DNA from: the human T2T-CHM13v2.0 reference genome, Homo sapiens
NCBI RefSeq assembly: GCF_009914755.1
Contig: NC_060947.1
Length of the DNA stretch: 64,000 nucleotides
Reading direction: 5' to 3' (one strand)
The position numbers and the translations under genes were made by a program. The notes under the pieces were generated by a model, which saw only the letters and a list, made by a program, of their open reading frames with translations, searched no databases and was not told the origin of the DNA. Numbering within the stretch: position 1 is the stretch's first letter; each line of letters opens with the position of its first letter. Below, piece after piece: positions 33,977 through 54,548 of the stretch.

Positions 33977-35014
33977 GAATGAGTAGGAGATGAGAGCACA
34001 GAGAGAACTAGTATAGACAGCTCTACTAAGAAGCTGGGCTGTGAGGAGTGGGTAGAGAAACCAGTGGCAACAGGACAAGGGTAGGAGAAGGGCAGAGTGA
34101 GGGTACCTGGCAGAAAGATGCAACAGCGGGCTAGAATCTGGCCAGGTTCTGCCTTCAAGCTGTTAACCTTGGACTGGGGCTGTGGCCTGAAGGAAGGGGT
34201 ACTTATTTGAATGGGGTCAGCCCCCTTGCAATTCATCTGTCTGGAGGGGGCACTTTCTGATTCTCACAAGGGTACTGTATGTGTTAGCAGCAGCTATGCT
34301 AAAGGAGGATGCAAATAAATGGGACTTTAAAGAGAGAGAGATAGAGGAAGAAACAGAGAAAGAGATCAAACTGTTTAATTTTCACATCAGTGGAAATAAT
34401 CTGGTTGAGAGGGTGTAGTTGAATAGGGAGGAGAAATGGTGATTGATAGGAGGGACCGGGGCCTACTCTATTGTACCACTCTATTGTGAAAAATGGATAG
34501 CAGATCTAGTAACTTAGATGTGATAGAAATCACTTAATAGAAAACAACTTTAATTCTGATTGAGTTTTCCTTCTGCTAGGATGACAGACCATTGATTGAC
34601 CTTATTAATTCCTAGGGTTCCTCTACTCCCAAGGTTGTATGTACTCTTGATCTGGGGTCTTAGAATCATTGGGTTTTTGGCTCACCTAGTTGCCCTGAGA
34701 TGTCTCCATCACTGTCACTTGACCCTTCTGCTGCTTCCAAGCTATGCCTGGGGCCCAGGAAGGTTTGGCACAGTGCCCCTGATCATCTCTGTCAAGCTGA
34801 ACCATGTGGCCACTTCTCTTTGACTCCTGCTCTGCCCTGACACATTGCCAGGAAAAAGAGTTCAGGTGCCCTGGGCTGCAGGATCCATAGACTTCTCCCT
34901 TTGCCCACTCCTCCTAGCCTAAGGAAAATGTCTCAGTGGGGTTGGGGGCACTAGAGTGCTGCTGCTCTTTCTTTTGCTTCTCCAAAACATTTCGTCTAAG
35001 CCCTCACACCTTCT

Positions 35015-36540
<1,526 letters not shown>

Positions 36541-36677
36541 CAGAGTTGAGGCTTTTGGAGCGGAGGGCGGGGGGTGGGGGGAAGCGGGAAACACCAGCAA
36601 CTATTTGCATTCTGCCCAGCCACACCTCTCCCCTCACACCAGCACAGAGCCACCTACTTGCTTAAAAGATGAGAGGA

Positions 36678-37021
<344 letters not shown>

Positions 37022-37128
37022 TTAATATTGCAAAATCATATCCTTGCTATAAACGAGATGTGTACAGAGGTCAATGCATATATGAGTTTGGTAGTGGAAA
37101 AGTGAGAGATCGTCTAACATGGTTTCTT

Positions 37129-37445
37129 TATGAAGTAGGCAGTAAGGTCATGTGCTGAGAAGAGGTGGGTGGGGGAAGAGGGGTATCAGAAGTCTGAGGA
37201 GACTAGAGAAGGTTTGAAATCATCATAATGGAACTGGAGACTGGGAAGTGACATGAAGAACCTAAGATTTCAGCAACCATTTCAGGTTGATGATTATGAG
37301 GTTATCTTGATGCTGATCTGTTCTGTGGGCTCCCAAAGTGCTGAGATTACAGGCGTGAGCCACTGTGCCTGGCTCACACCTGTGGAGAAATGTTTCGCAG
37401 TGGTGTTTGCAGGCACAGAGAAAGCCAAAAGCAGGGTTTGGGGGA
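37129..37445 (+). repeat. Upstream copy of a ~200-250-bp direct repeat (partner 40669-40885)
   Basis: 37181-37327 aligns without gaps to 40680-40826 (about 30 mismatches in 147 nt by hand count); 37398-37434 vs 40838-40874 has 2 mismatches in 37 nt. Confidence 0.85.
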
Positions 37446-38579
37446 TTTTGCTAGATGAGTAATGAAAAGGCAGAGGGCACGTGAGTTTAGCTTATTGGAG
37501 GGAGTGTTATTAAAATAATGGTATGGCATCTTTCAGCTGAATATGAAAAATTGAGAAGAAAGTGGGGGTGGTGGTCAAAAAGTGGAGGTTGGAGAATAGG
37601 GAAGATTTGAACAACTGGCTGGAAGAAGAGGGGAATTGTGGAAAGAAAACGAAATGCTTGAGTCAGTGGTTTCACAGGTGGAGTAGCTTCCGTGATGAAA
37701 AAGACCAGTGGAGAGCATTGCATATGTTCTCACTCTTCCAATTTGAACACCTTCCCCTGGTGGAGATAAGTAGATATGCTTTCTATGTTTTATTAACTTT
37801 ACAACACCTTCCCCAAGCTGGTGAAAGGAAGCTCTCACTTCCTTATTCATTAGCCTGATGAAACAGAGCAAAATGTATCTTTTTTGGTTCTGTTTTGAAT
37901 TTTAGTAACTCTAGTCTTCATCTGCCTGTTGGACTTCCTGTCTCTTTTTCATCTATCTTTGGGTACACATTTCTTCTTACGGGTCCTTTTAAACACCGAG
38001 CTCCTGAGAAAGGTCACCATTCTACCACTTTGATTCTGTAAATGTCTTTTGCTCATAGGTGTCAGAATAGGCTGGGTTATACTGTGGTAACAACCCCCAA
38101 ATCTCGCAATCCCAGGAGGTACATGGGTACTAAGAATTATTCACATTTTACAAATGACCAAACTGGGCCCCAGAGTATTGGTAAAATGTGCAGAGCCCAT
38201 CAGCTGGTGAAACCCTAAGGAACACAACACTTAGAATTTCACAAAGGCTAGACTTTATGAAATGTGCTGCGTGGATGCAGTAGTATCTCCAACCCCCCTG
38301 GACCGCTCTGCCACGTACAATCTTCTATCTTTCAGTCCGGAACTCAGTAACACCCACTCCAGGGCTGATGGGGGCGCTGGATGTATAGTGGCGAGTGTTT
38401 ATCTGCCTAGGATAGCGATGGCTAGGCAGGGGACATAAAACAGAAGAGGCAGTGACCTTCTCCGGGTGGGGTCTATGGCCCTTTACTGGGTACATTCTGT
38501 ACACACAGGCCCCTCCTTTGCCTGAAGTCATTGATGAAGACTTCATTACGGAGGGTTTGGGGAAAGGTGGGGGTCTGGC

Positions 38580-40440
38580 TGGGTAAGCCGGCGTCCCAGC
38601 CCCGCTACAGCCCCGCCCAGATCTGGCAGAGCCGTGGGCGAACCCAGGCGGGCAGAAAGGCGGGGCGGGCGGCTGCCAAGCCGGCCAATAGGCGGCTCTC
38701 CGGCTGCTAAGCCGAGAGGGCAGGGGCGCCGTCAGTAGCACCACCGCCTTCCAAGTTTCCCCTTGTGGATGCGCGGCCCCGCGGCTCTGCTCCTCCCGGC
38801 GCAGAGGGGCCGGGAGAGGCCACAGGAGCGGACCTGGCACGGGATTTCTGAGGAACGGGAGAAGACTGGCGCCCGACCCGCTCTGGAGGGTCGGTGAACG
38901 ATGAAGGGCCGGCGGCGGCGACGCCGAGAGTACTGCAAGTTCGCGCTGCTGTTGGTGCTGTACACGCTGGTGCTGTTGCTCGTCCCCTCCGTATTGGACG
39001 GCGGCCGCGACGGGGACAAGGGCGCCGAGCACTGCCCCGGCCTGCAGCGCAGCCTGGGAGTGTGGAGCCTGGAGGCGGCGGCGGCCGGCGAACGCGAGCA
39101 GGGAGCGGAGGCGCGGGCCGCCGAGGAAGGGGGCGCGAACCAGTCTCCTCGGTTCCCAAGCAACCTCAGCGGCGCTGTCGGGGAGGCAGTGTCTCGCGAG
39201 AAGCAGCACATCTACGTGCATGCCACCTGGCGCACCGGCTCGTCCTTCCTGGGCGAACTCTTTAACCAGCACCCGGACGTTTTCTACTTGTATGAGCCCA
39301 TGTGGCATCTATGGCAGGCGCTGTATCCGGGCGACGCCGAGAGCTTGCAGGGCGCGCTGCGCGACATGCTGCGTTCGCTCTTCCGCTGCGACTTCTCCGT
39401 GCTGCGGCTGTACGCGCCGCCGGGGGACCCCGCTGCGCGCGCCCCGGACACGGCCAATCTTACCACGGCCGCCCTCTTCCGCTGGCGGACTAACAAGGTC
39501 ATCTGCTCGCCGCCACTGTGTCCTGGCGCACCCCGTGCCCGGGCCGAGGTGGGCCTCGTCGAGGACACCGCCTGCGAGCGCAGCTGCCCACCCGTGGCGA
39601 TACGCGCCCTGGAGGCCGAGTGCCGAAAGTACCCGGTGGTGGTCATCAAGGACGTGCGCCTGCTCGATCTGGGCGTGCTGGTGCCCCTGTTGCGTGATCC
39701 AGGCCTCAACCTGAAGGTGGTGCAGCTTTTCCGCGACCCGAGGGCGGTGCACAACTCGCGCCTCAAGTCTAGGCAGGGACTGCTGCGCGAGAGCATCCAG
39801 GTGCTGCGCACCCGCCAGAGGGGCGACCGCTTCCACCGTGTGCTGCTGGCGCACGGCGTGGGTGCTCGCCCCGGGGGCCAGTCTCGCGCGCTGCCCGCCG
39901 CGCCGCGCGCCGATTTCTTCCTGACCGGTGCGCTCGAGGTGATCTGCGAAGCCTGGCTGCGCGATCTGCTTTTCGCGCGCGGCGCGCCCGCCTGGCTGCG
40001 GCGCCGCTACCTGAGGCTGCGCTATGAGGACCTGGTGCGGCAGCCACGCGCCCAGCTGCGCCGCCTGCTGCGCTTCTCCGGGCTACGCGCGCTCGCAGCG
40101 CTCGATGCCTTCGCGCTCAACATGACTCGCGGCGCGGCCTACGGCGCCGACCGGCCCTTCCACCTGTCAGCGCGCGACGCCCGGGAGGCGGTGCACGCCT
40201 GGCGCGAGCGCCTGAGCCGAGAGCAGGTGCGCCAGGTGGAGGCCGCCTGCGCTCCAGCCATGCGTCTGCTCGCCTACCCTCGCAGCGGAGAGGAGGGCGA
40301 CGCGGAGCAGCCCAGGGAAGGGGAGACGCCGCTGGAGATGGATGCCGACGGCGCCACGTAGCCTCCCATCCCTGTCCCCGGCACGGATCCGGGTAAGGTG
40401 GCCCGGGGCAAGGCAGGGACCGGGACTGGTCTTCCGGGAG
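38580..40440. promoter_or_regulatory. CpG island covering the CHST7 promoter and coding exon
   Basis: Very high GC/CpG. GC boxes GGCGGGGCGGGC at 38659-38670, CCAAT at 38685-38689, Inr-like TCAGT (A at 38734). Confidence 0.85.
38901..40361 (+). CDS. CHST7: Carbohydrate sulfotransferase 7 (chondroitin / GlcNAc 6-O-sulfotransferase, C6ST-2), 486 aa, single coding exon
   Basis: Type II Golgi topology ([10 protein letters not shown] tail, hydrophobic [19 protein letters not shown]). 5'-PSB motif [16 protein letters not shown], 3'-PB motif [14 protein letters not shown]. Sequons NQS/NLS/NLT/NMT. Kozak A at -3. Confidence 0.97.
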
Positions 40441-40668
40441 CCTGGAATGGCCTGGGGAGGGGGAAGTGTAGGGGGGAGGGTACCATGCTGGATCCCATTC
40501 TATCAGATCAGGTCCAAGAGGATGGGAAAGTCCTGCTCGTAGAATTTGGTAGATTCATCGGAATCTCCAGCTTAGCCTCGCGCCTCCTTAGAGGGAGATC
40601 CTGAGATGAGAGAGGATATTTAGGCGTGACTGAGGTGGAAGCCAGGTCTCTGCATTCCCATTCCCCTG

Positions 40669-40885
40669 TATGAAGTAGGAGGTTTCAGAGGGCTGAGGAG
40701 AGTAGAGAAGGTTTGAAACAGTCATAATGAGCCGTGAGACTGGGAATTGACATGTGGAGTATAGGATTTCGGAAACCATTTGAGGTTGATGATTATGGAG
40801 TTATCTTGATGCCAGTTTGTCCTGTGAGGAGACTTTGCAATGGTGTTTACAGGCACAGAGAAAGCCAAAAGCAGAGAGTTTGGTG
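40669..40885 (+). repeat. Downstream copy of the direct repeat flanking CHST7 exon 1
   Basis: See the 37129-37445 copy. Confidence 0.85.
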
Positions 40886-41091
40886 GAAAGGCATTGATTC
40901 TAACCCTACCTATCCCTAATCTTTCTGTTTCATGTTTCTTCTCTGTCTGTTTTATGCGCAGGCTCCAGGGCTTTTCTCCTGAATTTCCAAACATGCAGGC
41001 ACAGTCCAGCGGCTCTTGCAACACTTCTTGCACATTGTGTGTCTCAGGCGCTTGTGTAGTGAATAGACTTGCTTTCCCCTGGCTCATGTGC

Positions 41092-41194
41092 GCCTCTCTG
41101 TCTCCCCTCCCCCTCCTTCCCTCTCTCATTTCCCCTCTCCCTCTCTTCCTCTTCCTCCCCCTTCCCCTCCTCCTCTCCCTTCCCCCTTCTCCCT
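41092..41194. repeat. CT-rich polypyrimidine low-complexity tract
   Basis: About 100 nt almost entirely C/T. Confidence 0.9.
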
Positions 41195-43029
41195 GTAGCT
41201 GGCGTTTGCAGGATATTTGACCATATCCCATTCACATCAGGTCACAAAAGCTGCCTGGTCAGCTTCCTCTAGTGTCGACAAGACCTCAGGGTTGGGTGTC
41301 CCCCACTCCACCCCATCCGTTTGACAGATGGAGCCTTCAATTGGCAGTAGCAGTTTGTGACTGCAGGAGGAGCTTTGTGAAAAGACACTGCCCCCTCTTT
41401 TTTGTTTTTCCATTTTTGTTTTTTGTTTTTTTCTGTATATCTGAAGATGCTAAAGTGGGGCTTAAACAGTCTCAAAATGTGTTCTGTGTGGGTCAGTGTA
41501 TGGCCTGAGGGAAGGGTTTGTTCTGCACAGTGCTGACCATAGGAGTCTACTTAGTGACATGGGAGTGTGTTTCCCCAAACTTTATGTGAGTTGGAAGGGT
41601 GCCGCCTTCTGCACTGTGCAGTCAGTCCAGAGGAGGAGGAAAAGTAGTGCTGGGTGGGCGGAAGTGAGTTAAGTTTCCATTCATTATTTTATAGTGTAAT
41701 TCAGCATTCCCCTGAGATGAAGCTCTGAGGACAAACGTTGAAGATATTAATGAAGAGGGATTTTGTTGTTGTTACAGAACCAGGGTTTCAGAGTGATTTC
41801 AGAAGCTGGCTAACTAATTTTTCTCCCAGTAATCAAATGGTTTTCTTAGTCAGTTTCTGAAATTGCTAGGAAGTCTGTGTTCTTTCCTGATTTCCAGAGT
41901 GATGGAAGGTAAGGCACAGGGTGACTTGTCACATCTTAACAAAAACATCCTTTCATCTGCTGATCCTGTATTTACAGATATAACAGTAATTGTCCCTAAC
42001 CCTTCTTCACAGGCCTGAGGGAACTCCTCCCCTGGGCGGAATGCTGTGCATTTTATGGCTTTAAGACATGACAATCTCCCAGAAACTTTTGCTTTTTTTT
42101 TTTTTTTTTTTTCATTTTTACTAACATCTATTTGAGTACTGGCTGGGGTGAAGCATTAAAGAGAATAGAGAGGAGGGTAGAGGACAGTCTTTGCCCTCTA
42201 GGAGGTTAGAGTCTGTGTGGGTGACAGTGACTGTGAGGGAAGACACTGGTGTTGCTGTTTGGAAGGCCGATGGGGCTTCCTTTGCAGGGCTGCAGGGACA
42301 TCTGGGAGCAAGCTTTAGGCTCTTCCAGACTTTAGTGACTGAGTCCTTCCTCCCGCATTGGGCACTTACCACCAATCAGTGGGTTGATTACAGTGCTTGT
42401 ATTCTTGGTTCCTAGGAAGATAACGTTACTGCCGACTCACTGATGGGTTTTCCAAAAGTTTGTCACACTCTATTCTAGAGAAGGGAGGAGAAGAGAGGGG
42501 GAGGGATCCTTACTGAAGGGCTATGTGTCATGCACTGAGTTAGGCATTGTACATATATCATTATTTATACCAGTTTTCCAGATGAGGAATCCGAGACTCA
42601 GAGAAGTAATTTGCCCAAAGTCATACCTGGGCTGGTGAGGGTGGAACAGTGTTTGGTGTTAGACTCCAGAGCTCATAATCCTCTCTTTTATACCTCACCT
42701 GGCCCCTGCCTTGGCATTCCCTGGCAGCACCCTGATACTCCAGCTAGGCTAGTATGAGGTGGAAAACACACTCAGCTTTATTACTAATATGTCCCAACCA
42801 CTGAACAAATAAAATATCCCTGAGCTGCCGACAGTGCCTACACAGGAAAGCCGACAACTTTACAGCCATCCTCCCCACAGGGCATCTCAGGGTGCCCTCA
42901 GCTCAACTGAGGAGAGAGGCCACATGTGAATTAACCTGAGTAACTTCTGGATGGTCCATACCCAATGGCCAGGATTTGGCAGTGAGGGAGTCAGTGAAGT
43001 TTTTTCTGGTCTGGGTAGGGGCCGTAGCA

Positions 43030-44060
<1,031 letters not shown>

Positions 44061-44671
44061 TGGGCCAGATGGGACCAGAAGGCTGCCACCGGAACAAGAT
44101 CAGGATGGGGAATAAAGGGCTGTTGATGAGCACTGAACTGCTTGCCACAGTAATTTATGTGAAAGAACTTGGAGCTATGAAGTGCCAAGCAGATGTAGAG
44201 TGTTATTATGGAAAGGGGAAAATGTCCTCAATTATACATGGGTCCATTTATCACCCTCTCACATGCCTTCACATGCTTTGTTGTCTGTAGCTCATTATCT
44301 AATTATCTAATAATCCATCATTGTACACTATCCACCACTGTTCTGGACAGACTGATGTGCTATCCTGTCCTTTTCAGCATGTCTCCCTTTAATGTCTGCC
44401 CTTGGTAGGTCCCAAAGTTTCATCCCGCTAGGCATTTAAGGCACCTTGATCTTTGCTCTTGACATGACATATGCATCCTTTGAAAGAAATTAGGAAAGAA
44501 GGCAAACACCCTGTAATTTGAACCCTAACAATCAGGAAGCTTTCTTTCTAAAGAAATCATGTAAACAGGAAAAGAAATGATCAACCACCACCAAATCATT
44601 TTGAAAATCTATTTTAATCAGGAAACTGGGCCACAAACATTTTATATAGGCTTATGTATAAATATCACTGA

Positions 44672-46863
<2,192 letters not shown>

Positions 46864-48565
46864 CAAAAATAGAATTTAACAGGATAGAAGTTTATAAAAT
46901 ACCTGCCAGTCTCACTTCCTAGAAGCAGCCACAATATTTCTTGTAGTATATGTCTAGAAATGTTTTACGCAAATTCCGGCAGAAAAATATAGCCTTTTTA
47001 TACACAAATGGGATTGAACTCTATTTATTGTTCTGCACTTTTTTCACTTATTGCTTTGAAAATCTTCCCGTTTCATCTTCTTTTTAATAGCTATATTGTA
47101 TTTCATGGTAGGAATGTATTATAACATATTTAACTAGCTCCTAGTTCCATACTGTAGGGCATTTAGTTGTTATAGTTTTGTGCTCTATTTCATTGCATTT
47201 CTAGTAGGGTCCTTGTATTTGCATACATGTGAGTATGTCTGTCAGAAAAATTCCTATAGCAGAGTGACCTTATATAGCAAAAGGTATATGCTTTGTACAT
47301 TTTGAGAGGTAATGTTCTTCAAAGTCGTCCAACATTCACTACCACCAGCAATTTCTTGGAACGTCTGTTTCCCAGACTTTCAACAACATAGATTTGATTT
47401 CATTTTTTCATCTTGGCCAGTTTGATGAATGGAAAATTCTTGCTGCTGGCATCCTGGCTCTCTCTGACCCTACAGTTCATCTCTGATGATGAATGATGGC
47501 CTCATACTTTGGGTTGTAGTCACTGGAATGCCAAAATGAAATCAACTTCTTAGCCCTTCTACAGTCCACATGTATTTAGAGAGTGTTATTTTTGTGATTA
47601 TTTTGAAGAAATGGATACATTTTGGTATAAAAATTATCCCTTTAGAAAATCACACTTCGACAGGACATCAGGTTTTAGCAAGGTTCTTGTTCAGGCGGCC
47701 TTCTTCTGGTACTGTTGCAGGGGATTGTACTTACTGACTCGAGCATAAACAATTTGGGGACCCTATCACTGGGGAAATTAGGCTGATTTTAAATAAGGTT
47801 TAACCATTCATACATTTTCTCTATGTTCCTGAGAGCCCTCTTTGTGGTCTCAGCAGGGGAAGGGCAGAAGTGCCCATTTGCAGTTTTTGAGGCAGGATTC
47901 AGACGGTTTTCTAAGAGGTTTTTTTTTTTTTTTGTCTTGGCAGAGATTTTCTTCCCATGAATATGAATGTAATATAAATAGTTGGGAGTGAAGCTTTTGA
48001 AAAACATTTACAAACAGCTGGTTTAACATTCTTCAGTATGCTTTGTCTCAGCCTGCCCTCAGCATGAGCAGGCCAGAAAAGAATGAAACAAAAAAAACTA
48101 AACTGGCCTCACTTTTTTGTGTCTGACGTTCCAGTTGAACAAGGTGACTAATAAATGAACCCCTCTCTTTGTGAGGTCTCCTGGCTCCTCAGCCTCTTGC
48201 TTCATAGTGGAAATAAAAGGAACTTGCTCTATTGAAAAGGACATTTCTGCTGAGGTGCAGTATAAAATAAGAATAGTAGGGATTAAGAAACAGCTCTGGC
48301 TCAAATTCAAGTCCACAGGCAAGTGGGAACTGTTTGGGAATTGAATAGGAAGCAGTTTTAATTGGAGAAAATAGAAAATTGCGGAGCTCAGTGATGTGTC
48401 TATAATTGGAGTCCTTCAGCTTTGCTCCCCGGCCCGCTTGGCACCCTGGCACCAAGCCAGTGGCCAGGTCTGACATTTTCTGCAGCTGACCCTGTTCATA
48501 ATTAAGACCACCCTGCTGGATGCTGAGAATAAATTAGAGCATCAGCTGATGATGAATATTTTTAA

Positions 48566-48997
48566 AAATTTGTTATGAATACATATTTGTACATGTTTAT
48601 GGAGTGCATGTGATTTTTTCGTTACATGCACAGTGTGTAATGATCAAGTCGGTATTGGGGTGCCCATCACCTCGAGTGTTTATAATTTTGATGTGTTGGG
48701 AAGATTTCAAGTCCTCTCTCCTGGCTATTTTGAAATACACCATACATTGTTGTTAACTGTAGTCACCGTACTCTGCTATTGAACTTAGAACTTACTTCTT
48801 CTATCTAACTGTGTGTTCATACCCATTTAACCAATCTGTCTCCACGACAACCCCCACACCCTTTGCAGCTTCTGGTGACCACCATTCTATTCTCTACCTC
48901 CATGGGATCAACTTTTTTAGCTCACATCTGAGTGAGAACATGCAATATTTGTCTTTCTGTGCCTGGCTTATTTCACTTAACGTAATGACTTCCAGTT
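48566..48997 (-). mobile_element. L1MA-like 3' end fragment
   Basis: gagtgagaacatgcaatatttgtctttctgtgcctggcttatttcacttaac matches an L1MA 3' end. Confidence 0.75.
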
Positions 48998-49225
48998 CTT
49001 CTGATGGTGAATATTTTTAAATTCGGAGATTAAGAGGCTGTGAAAGAGGGCCACCACATTTGATTTCAATGATGACTATATTCTGTGCCAGCAGATTCCC
49101 CTCCCATGAAATGGATGGGAGCAGGAAGAACTTTGCTGTAGAGTCACATTCTGAAAATAGCCACTGAGGTAGACACGTTTTGCTTACAGAATCGAAGCCC
49201 TTTCTAGAATGTTAAAAGGTGCCTT

Positions 49226-52003
<2,778 letters not shown>

Positions 52004-54242
52004 TCCAGGTTTTATTAATACTGGTTTGGTGTGCATCCATTTGTTCTCAAGTGAGCTCAAAAGTTTGGGAAATTTTTAGCTGGGGTGGGTATCATAAAAC
52101 TGGAGAGATGTTATTATCTTATTCTATTCTAGAATAAGAGGAAAAATAATGCCCATTTAATTTTTGTACTGGCTGACTCTGGGCTTGAATGACTCACGTG
52201 GATTGAGATTTTACATTGAATTCCTCCCACGGTGGGAGGTGACGGCGGGAGTGTGTGTCTCTTTAGCTCTCCACTGGGGCCATCCAAGTCCAGGCAAGTT
52301 TCTCCCCTCACTCCCCAGTCCAGAGTTTTGTCTTTTTGTTTTTGTTTTGTTTTGACTCAGCCTCTATTTCTTTTTAAACCTGAGTGGAGAGTTGTTTCAA
52401 GTTGAATATGACTGAAACTGTTATTGACTAGTGCAAGTATAAATAACTAGCACCCCGTGCCACTGCCACATAATTTTTCAGATTAAATGTCTGGAAATTA
52501 TGAATAACATTTAATGCTGTTTAAAGTACGTTTCCAGGCTATCTGGGGGTGCAGTTATATTAGCAAACTAAATGTTTCCTATTACATTTTGCTTTGGAGT
52601 CACAATGAGGGAATGTACTTTGAGATTTCTGCTATTTCAAATATTATTTTAACATTATCCCTAAGCAGCTCCCTTAAAAAACAACTTAATGGTGCTATTG
52701 TTGTAAACATTGTCACTCATTTCCGTTTTCCTTGGCACTGTAGTTGCTAATTTGAAGTGAAAACAGGAAGGTTAAGAAAGCTTAACCTGGGTTAACAGAT
52801 AAGCTTAGATATTAACATCATCCACAAAGTGTGGTTTCAGTTTAGGATGCTGGGAGAAGACCCCATAAGGACACAGCCGTTGCAAAGGACGCTCAAGCCC
52901 TTCCTCAGCCCATTTGTTCTGGAGGTGGTCCAGGAGGAAGGCTGTTACAATAGGCTGGAAAGTCATCCAGCTGGTGGTAACAGGACTTGCTGAATACTCG
53001 GAAATCTCAGCTCTCTCAAGTGCTAAGCGCCAGCACCAACTTTTAGCATCTGTGAAGTAGTTTTGGTGGTCAATCCAGGGTGCCTCACCTGGTGCAAGTG
53101 TGTGGGCAGGGACAGGATAACTGAGTCCAGTCACAGGCATGTATGTTTTGGAGGCAAGACCAAGAAAAACTTGAAGAGGAGCAGGCCCAAATTGACAAAC
53201 ATAATTCAAGGAGTAGAAATGAGGTCCCCGTGCAAGTTCCCAGATTCATTTGGGAGGCCCTAGGCTCATTACCTGACTTGAAATGGGGGGCACAGGAAGG
53301 CCACTGAGAGAGGCAGAGCCTGTTGCAAGTTCATTGGCTTGAATCTTCTGTTCTCTAACTTTAAAGCCAGCAGGAAGTTGATTCATCCCCCTCCCCCATC
53401 CCGGCTTCAAAGATTGAAGAAAGTATGATTAAAATGCTAAAAGCGCGTCTTCCTGAGTTATTCTGCTGTAGCCCCAGGAGCCTCAGCCGAGCCAAGTGCT
53501 TGCAATTCAGGCTCCATAGACCCAGAATGAACCCAGAATGAAGTTTCCCTTTGATGGCAATGAGGCTATTAGTAGGTCAACCAGCTGCATTTAGGGCCTG
53601 GCTGGTCATTTAAACACTCAAGGGAACTGTAGCAAAGGAGATAAAATTACACCCAGCTCATTGAAATATGACTTTCAATCTTTAAATAAATAACCATGCT
53701 TTTTTTTTAAAGTGAAAGCCAATTCTTGAATTATTTGAATATTGAGGAATGACCTCACATTTCAATGTCACTTTTTTTTTTTACAAAAAACCTTTTATGC
53801 GTGCTTTTCAAAACAACGGTATATAAAAACCTTTATAATTCTTGAGATTAATTGCATGAAGACAGTTTTTTATTATGAATTTTCTATTATTACAGGATAG
53901 GTCTTTAAATAGTTCTGACTTAGGAATAAACAGAAGGGTCTATGATTGTTTCAGGTGAGACAGAGAGTAGCAAACATTTTCATTCTCCCCAGATTCTGGG
54001 CAAGTGGAAACAGTTGTAACCAAGAAGTTTAGCAGCTTAAAATTTTAATTTTTCCTTGTCAGACATCTAGCAGCTGAAAAAAAGGACAAAACTAGCTACT
54101 TGGTAACTGCAGCTGGCTGGTAAACTGAGGGTTTGAGTTCTAAATATGCACCCAAAGATGAATATTTCATTGCTCCCTATGAACAGGGCCCCATAATATT
54201 AAGAAGAGTTGGGATCCGGATTAAGAGTGAATTGAATTCTTA

Positions 54243-54548
<306 letters not shown>

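Noticed and set aside
38325-39854. Long antisense and alternative-frame ORFs (327, 181, 175, 164 aa) over CHST7
   Set aside because: Shadow ORFs expected from stop-codon scarcity in a very GC-rich CDS; no recognisable domain.
52805-53209. 134-aa minus-strand ORF in unique intronic DNA
   Set aside because: No ATG at the listed start, no recognisable homology, no convincing splice or poly(A) context.
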